Assembly (NCBI GenBank): GCA_963729045.1
Contig: CAVSMN010000021.1
Coordinates: 32,001-96,000, forward strand
Source of the DNA: an uncultured Nitrososphaeraceae archaeon
GTDB taxonomy: Archaea > Thermoproteota > Nitrososphaeria > Nitrososphaerales > Nitrososphaeraceae
Reading direction: 5' to 3'
Length of the DNA: 64,000 nt
Positions 58,437 to 64,000 of the stretch are shown piece by piece (position 1 is the first letter of the stretch; each line of letters opens with the position of its first letter). A program made the translations under genes and the position numbers. Below the pieces are notes generated by a model. That model made no database searches. It was not told the DNA's origin and saw only the letters and a program-made list of their open reading frames with translations.

Positions 58437-59448
58437 GATTTGTATCAATATTAGAAACAATTTAGTTTATTAATGAATCGATTAGTTTAAATACTAGTGT
58501 CTTAATAGGGAATTTTCGATTGGTCATTCAGGATTGTTCATAATGTTTATAACTTTTTAGCCCTCTTATTCACTAATTTATATCTTAAGGAATCACCGAA
58601 TAATAACGAAGGTCTAATCTTAGAGGACATAGTCAACAAATTGATTAGAATGTTTGTTTTTGAATTTATGGACCGTTGGTAAAAAGATATGTCTTAGTAT
58701 TTCTATGCAAAAGAACAAGGAACATACTTCTCAATCGGAGCATTCACTTAACTTAAGTTTAATCATAAAGATACTAAAACCTAGATGTTAAGTAACTTCC
58801 ACTATCTATACCTATCAAGTATTTGTCTAAAATAAATTAACTGTTGAATTTTGATTGTGAAATGTTCGAGAGTTGTGCAATAATAATAATAATAGTAAAT
58901 TCAGTATCCCATCTAATCTAATCTCCTTTAATTGTTTTGTATCTGTTCAAATAACACCAATCGGACCAACATCAAGGATGCTCTAATTAGGATATGCTCA
59001 TATCAGACAAGAGATAGTTAAAACAACTACAAAATGGATCTGAACATCAGCCTTGTGATTTAATGAAGGGCTGTATGAAAGTGTTCATTGAGTGGTACCA
59101 TTAGAAAGTATTCCTGTTATGTTCAAGACTAATTTATCGGAATGAACTATGAGGGTATGACGGGTCAATTTAATAATGAAAATTATGATATATGTGGTTC
59201 TTCCTGTATGACGGTTATGTGTTTGGATGTATATCTGTGCCAGAAAATGCTAAGTATGCATTAAAGTTTCGTAGGCAATATCAGTGTGTATTGCACCATC
59301 TATCGTACAGTCAGCTCATTCGTTTCAAATATCAAATAATGTCCATGCGAAATGAGAAGAAAAAAAAGTTAAGAGGAGGAACTCATAATCACTGTCAAAA
59401 GTAAATACGCGATTACCTTATAAATGACAAAACTATAGATACGTTACA

Positions 59449-60010
59449 ATGAAGCAAGATCGCAATAGATTTGTGAACATAGAAAGTAGCAAGTTTGTAG
59501 TAGCAGTTACATTGTGTTTTAGTCTTTTATGTTATAATAACTGCGACAAATATGATGTCGCCATCAGCCATCAAATTTCCATCTTTTGCATTAGCACAAG
59601 AGCAGCAAAACTTTACCGCAAACCTTGTCGGGCAGGATGTGGTTCCACCAACAAATTCTAAAGCTACTGGTACTTCTGAGTTTACTCCTAGCAGCGATGG
59701 AATGAGTATGAATTATGAGGTGTACGTTACGGATATAGATGGTGTCACACTTGCTCAAATATATCAAGGTCAAGAAGATGGAAATGGTCCTGCATTTATC
59801 AACACTCATACGCTTCAAAGATATAACTCCGAGCGGTCCAGTGAATGGGCTGTTAACCCAAGGCGTTATAACATTGATGATCTTCAAGGGCCATTGATTG
59901 GAAAACAGGTGTCTGATCTGACCGAACTTATGGAAAATAACAATACATACGTGGAAATCCAGACTACAGAAAATCCTAACGGAGAAATTAGAGGACAAAT
60001 AATCAAATAA
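59449..60010 (+). CDS. Secreted CHRD-domain protein (frameshifts)
   Basis: FTANLVGQDVVPPTNSKATG, NGP, DLQGPL.G, YVEIQTTENPNGEIRGQI. Confidence 0.85.
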
Positions 60011-60291
60011 AATAATTGACTGTACATATCGATTATTTTCGAAAATAACCGATATGATTGATTTCTGATAGAATTTTATGGATCTTGATAATCAACAAGA
60101 ATCGCCTAGTCATATATAGAAACCTTTCGGCTAGCCACAATACCAAAAATATGTGCCAAACAACTGCACATGTTATGAAATATATATAATGATCTAAACG
60201 AAATATTTGAATTCAAAAACCCACTATATATAAGAAAAGAAAAACCAGTTAAAGCAGACTAATTTAATTTAAAATTTTATTTCGATATAAT

Positions 60292-60344
60292 AAACTCATA
60301 CTGATATCCTTATTATTCCGCCAAGCTCGCAACTTATTTGAGTA
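60292..60344 (+). repeat. Dispersed motif copy (A+C, degenerate)
   Basis: AAACTCATACTGATATCCTTATTATTCCGCCAAGCTCGC. Confidence 0.6.
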
Positions 60345-60468
60345 GCACTTTATAAACGACTCATCTAATAGTAACACGTCCAAACATTAAAGAACTAGAA
60401 TTATCTTATTGAATGATAACTAGGAAACATTCAGATATCATTTATTTATAGTTTTGAAAAGCTAACCA

Positions 60469-60864
60469 ATGAGTAGTGACGATATAAAAAAGGGCGAGTC
60501 AACTGAGGAAGTATTAATTATAAAAAAAACACTCGCTCAAGAATTTTTTTATTTTCTAAAAACATTTGGTATAATTGGTTTAGCAATAGCCTTTGTTATT
60601 GGTCAGGCTGCCTCTGGACTAGTGACTTCCTTCGTAGACGACATCATAAATCCCCTAATTGGATTATTTTTACCTGCGGGAAATCTAGATGCAGTGTCTG
60701 TACAGGTACCTAATATATCAAGTGGAACTACAGAGTTTAGAATTGGACAACTTATATCAAGTATTATTGACTTTCTGATAATCGCTCTAGTCGTGTTTCT
60801 TGCATATAAGCAACTATCGCGATTTAAATTGGTAGATGATAAAATTATACCTGAGAAGAAATAA
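60469..60864 (+). CDS. mscL: Large-conductance mechanosensitive channel MscL family
   Basis: EFFYFL..FGIIGLAIAFVIG.A...LVTSFVDDIINPLI; GQLISSIIDFLIIALVVF. Confidence 0.9.
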   Translation: MSSDDIKKGESTEEVLIIKKTLAQEFFYFLKTFGIIGLAIAFVIGQAASGLVTSFVDDIINPLIGLFLPAGNLDAVSVQVPNISSGTTEFRIGQLISSIIDFLIIALVVFLAYKQLSRFKLVDDKIIPEKK

Positions 60865-60902
60865 TCTTCTATATCTTTTTTGATCTCTCATATTCTTAAT
60901 CC

Positions 60903-60968
60903 AACTAGTGTGAATATCCTATGATTCTCACCAAATCCTCTATACAATACTCTATTTAATCTCACCAC
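60903..60968 (+). repeat. Dispersed motif copy (modules A+B)
   Basis: AACTAGTGTGAATATCCTATGATTCTCACCAAATCCTCTATAC..TTAATCTCACC. Confidence 0.7.
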
Positions 60969-61124
60969 ATTATACGTCAATTATTAATCTTGGTGACAAA
61001 AGTGAATTAAATATGTGCGTACATATTAAATGATGACGGTAGGATTAATTTACATTTTATAGGATCTGACTTTGAAACAACTGGTAATCTTTTTATATTC
61101 ATAAAGAAAATAATTACTAAACAA

Positions 61125-61496
61125 ATGGACTACTATTATCGTGTTACGTTAATTGTTTTAGTCTCAATTGCAGCAACAGGTTTAATTGCAATCCCATTTG
61201 GAAATCCCAAATTTATTGATAGGGCAATTATTTTGGAATTAACATTTATCACACTATCCGTTTTAATATGGAAAGGATATGATAAAGCACTGTATGCATG
61301 TATCCCGTTAGCTACATTAATTATCATTGGCAATAGCCTTGCTCCACCACATGTTAATTTGATGATGACCTTTTCTAAACCACTAAATGCAATTGTTCTG
61401 ATTATAGGGGGATATGTATTGCAAGGTATTCTTATATATACCAGCTTAAGGTCAATACTGAATATAAGGTCAAAGAGATTGACCGCCGCTACATGA
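61125..61496 (+). CDS. Hypothetical 4-TM membrane protein
   Basis: Intact 123-aa hydrophobic ORF. Confidence 0.7.
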   Translation: MDYYYRVTLIVLVSIAATGLIAIPFGNPKFIDRAIILELTFITLSVLIWKGYDKALYACIPLATLIIIGNSLAPPHVNLMMTFSKPLNAIVLIIGGYVLQGILIYTSLRSILNIRSKRLTAAT

Positions 61497-61702
61497 TTTT
61501 ATGAGATTTACCCTACCAGGATTACGATAAACTTGTCAGCCTAAATTTGAAAGGCAATTATCATATGAATGTTTCAATTGGTATACAAAGTGTCTACCAC
61601 TATCCAAATTTCCAATTTTTAAAAAAGGATTAATGACAGATTTGTAGATCATCCTACTGAATCTGTTAACAACTATTACAATTTTTCAGATAAACTGAGA
61701 AA

Positions 61703-62953
61703 TTACTTGAAGTTTCTAACTGGGTCTGAAATCCATTTAAAGAGGTCTTCCAGAACCTTTTTTTCTATTGGTCCTCCTACAGTGGTAACCCATTGTGATG
61801 ATGGATAAAATAGATGCCCCAGGTTTGGATATGTAATCAATGCATGATCAGGATGTCTTAGTTCTGTAAGTTTTTGTTGTAAAAGTAATGCTTGTTGTAA
61901 TGGCGTGTCTGAATCATTCTCTCCTTGAAGAATTAAAACAGAAATGTTGGATGGAACTTTATTATGATATCTAAGTTGGGTAACAAAGAAAACTGTGAAT
62001 TAACCCAAATAGGACACGGGCCGGATAGACCATTGCATTTTTCACTGGGATCATATCCGAAGAAGACTTGAGTTTGTCTACTTGCCTGGGCTTGAGCTCT
62101 CATTAATACTTATGAGAGTATCGTTGTTAATATCGTATTGGGGAACTAGTCGTTCTCCCGTACCTCCAGTTCCATTCACTGAATCAACATTTTTAGCAAG
62201 AACCAAGGTAATATTTCCAAACAGCGATCTGAAAACAGGATCCTCGGAAGCCTCTTTTACTGAAATTAAACCATTATGGTCATGGTCTAGAACCTGCTGA
62301 GCGTACAACACGGGTACCATTGCCTGGCCGTATCCTATTTCGTACAAATTTTGGGCCAAGGTGCCCATAGGTACAATTGCATCTACCTTATCTGAATTGT
62401 TAATCGCAATTCTTGGTAGTATCATCAGTACCCTCGCTATGCCCAACCAAAACCACTTTGTTAGGGTCCACTTCTGGTTGCTGGAGGAGGACATCCAATG
62501 CTTTCTGAGCATCTCGTGCTAGATCGTCAAATGTTACATTTCCCCATACATCATAATCTAAAATTGTAAAATTTGCACCTACGCCTCTTTTGTCATATTG
62601 CAAAACTGCGAAACCTCTTTCTGAAAGATATTCAGCTATATCAAAGAATGGTCTAGCAGATGGGTAGATAAAAGAATTTGTATCGTTATCTATACGAATA
62701 TAACCCGCAGTTTCATTCATATCTGTAATTCCAGAGCCAGGTACTAAAAGAACAGCTGGGTATGGGCCGTCCCCAATAACTGGGAGATTTAATCTTGCAT
62801 TAGTCTCTAATCCATTATCCAGATCTATTACCATATTTCTATATTTTGTTGTCTTTAGATCTGATTGACCATGAACTGTGAGAGTGACTACTAAATAGGA
62901 AACATAAAGTTAAAACAGAAAATACTATTGATACCTGATTTAATGACAAGACA
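61703..62953 (-). CDS. Secreted alpha/beta hydrolase (several frameshifts; start approximate)
   Basis: PAVLLVPGSG, YDKRGVG, GHSEG nucleophile, ILQGENDS, YPNLGHLF; EF-hand-like DHDHNGLIS. Confidence 0.85.
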
Positions 62954-63595
62954 AATGTAATTATAGGATCTATGATTTAAGCATTGTTTGGGATGACCTT
63001 ATTCGAAGAGGTGTTTATGCCTTGACTTTTTTATGGATCATCACTTTTGTAGTTGACCATATTCAAGTGACAACCACTGCAATTTGAAGAAAACAGATGT
63101 AATAACAGGATTAACACTAACAACAATAGTTAACAAAATATAAGTTAGTGGCCGTTTTAGATGAAGTGTCGACCTACAATAAAGTATATTTTAACTTTCG
63201 GCAAACATCTGCAATGGTTGTATCATCTGATCGTTGAAGAACAAATAAGTGATATGGAAAGAGAAGAAAAGTGGAAATAAACTACATTACAACTATTATG
63301 ATAGGGAATTTGATGCCTCATTAATAACATAATTAAAGATAAGAAATAGATAGAAAATAAAAAAATTCAATATGTAAATTTCCGCATCATCACTTCGTTA
63401 AAATAGCAACAGAATAAATAATATGGTTCATGTCGAATGATCCGAAATTATGAGAAAAGCGATATATTGAAGAAGAAATAACTGATATAATTGCAAGTGA
63501 CACTCCATTTGTCGTTCAATGTTCTTAATGTAATCCACATTATTGTAATAAACACAAGGTACTTACAAATATCCTCTTTATTAAGCAGATTCTGT

Positions 63596-63946
63596 TCATT
63601 TACCTTGAAATTCTAAATCATAATTATTTGATTCAACCCTGATAATAAGATCAGTATAATCTGATATTGAACTCTCACGCTGTGAATAAATTCTGTATAA
63701 GAGATCCCAACCGTTTGCCTCAATTAAATATACTTTTCTGACTCTATTATAGGATATCAATGAATTATTTACCAAATGATGCAAATGTTCTCTCAAAACT
63801 GCTTTCGATGTAGGAATAACTCTAGGAATATGTAATTCGATTTCTGAAAATGACGACCCCTTTATGCACGCTAACAAGATTGATTCCGTGATGGCTACCT
63901 TTAGACAAATCGGGTTTATGTCTTCTTTGCTGCGTTCCCGATTCAT
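63596..63946 (-). CDS. Winged helix-turn-helix domain protein
   Basis: ILLACIKGSSFSEI...LREHLHHLVNNSLISY....YLIEANGWDLL. Confidence 0.7.
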   Translation of the reverse strand: MNRERSKEDINPICLKVAITESILLACIKGSSFSEIELHIPRVIPTSKAVLREHLHHLVNNSLISYNRVRKVYLIEANGWDLLYRIYSQRESSISDYTDLIIRVESNNYDLEFQGK

Positions 63947-64000
63947 TTAATCCTTGTCACCTTTTATTTTGTGATTTAGAAAAGTCGGAAAATCGTCCTT

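Noticed and set aside
5168..60968. Classical integron attC sites
   Set aside because: No RYYYAAC...GTTRRRY ends enclosing a 55-140 bp imperfect palindrome, the genes have their own promoters and both orientations, and there is no intI in the window.
1..64000. tRNA/rRNA genes
   Set aside because: No GC-rich cloverleaf or rRNA-like segment was seen; the GC-richer patches are CAP coding fragments.

Overview
This is an AT-rich archaeal accessory region. Its gene content (blue-copper protein, multicopper oxidase, class III PhaC, NHL/YncE propellers, CHRD, IS6 remnant, many small secreted proteins, TATA boxes and T-tract terminators) suggests a Nitrososphaerales thaumarchaeote, probably Ca. Nitrosocosmicus-like; the taxonomy is inference. 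I found no rRNA, tRNA or CRISPR. Recognisable genes are a plastocyanin-like cupredoxin, multicopper oxidase, SIMPL, patatin, SLC13 transporter, NHL propeller, VOC protein, MBL hydrolase, M32 carboxypeptidase, cytochrome P450, divergent Pth2, SAM methyltransferase, PhaC, a 4-gene sugar ABC operon, DyP peroxidase, SnoaL protein, AlkC/D-like repair protein, CAP proteins, MscL and alpha/beta hydrolases. Many genes are split by 1-2 nt indels, most likely long-read assembly errors. The top finding is about 22 intergenic copies of a degenerate modular motif built around the core CCACCGAAC. All copies I found by eye lie on the + strand regardless of neighbouring gene direction, and they repeatedly bracket single genes or a whole operon, as a recombinase-built cassette array would. 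The second finding is a secreted Q/N/G/S-rich protein with about 10-11 55-aa repeats and co-varying Cys pairs, plus a nearby single-repeat homologue, which together form a candidate curli-like fibre system. Everything was read by eye and no database searches were run.
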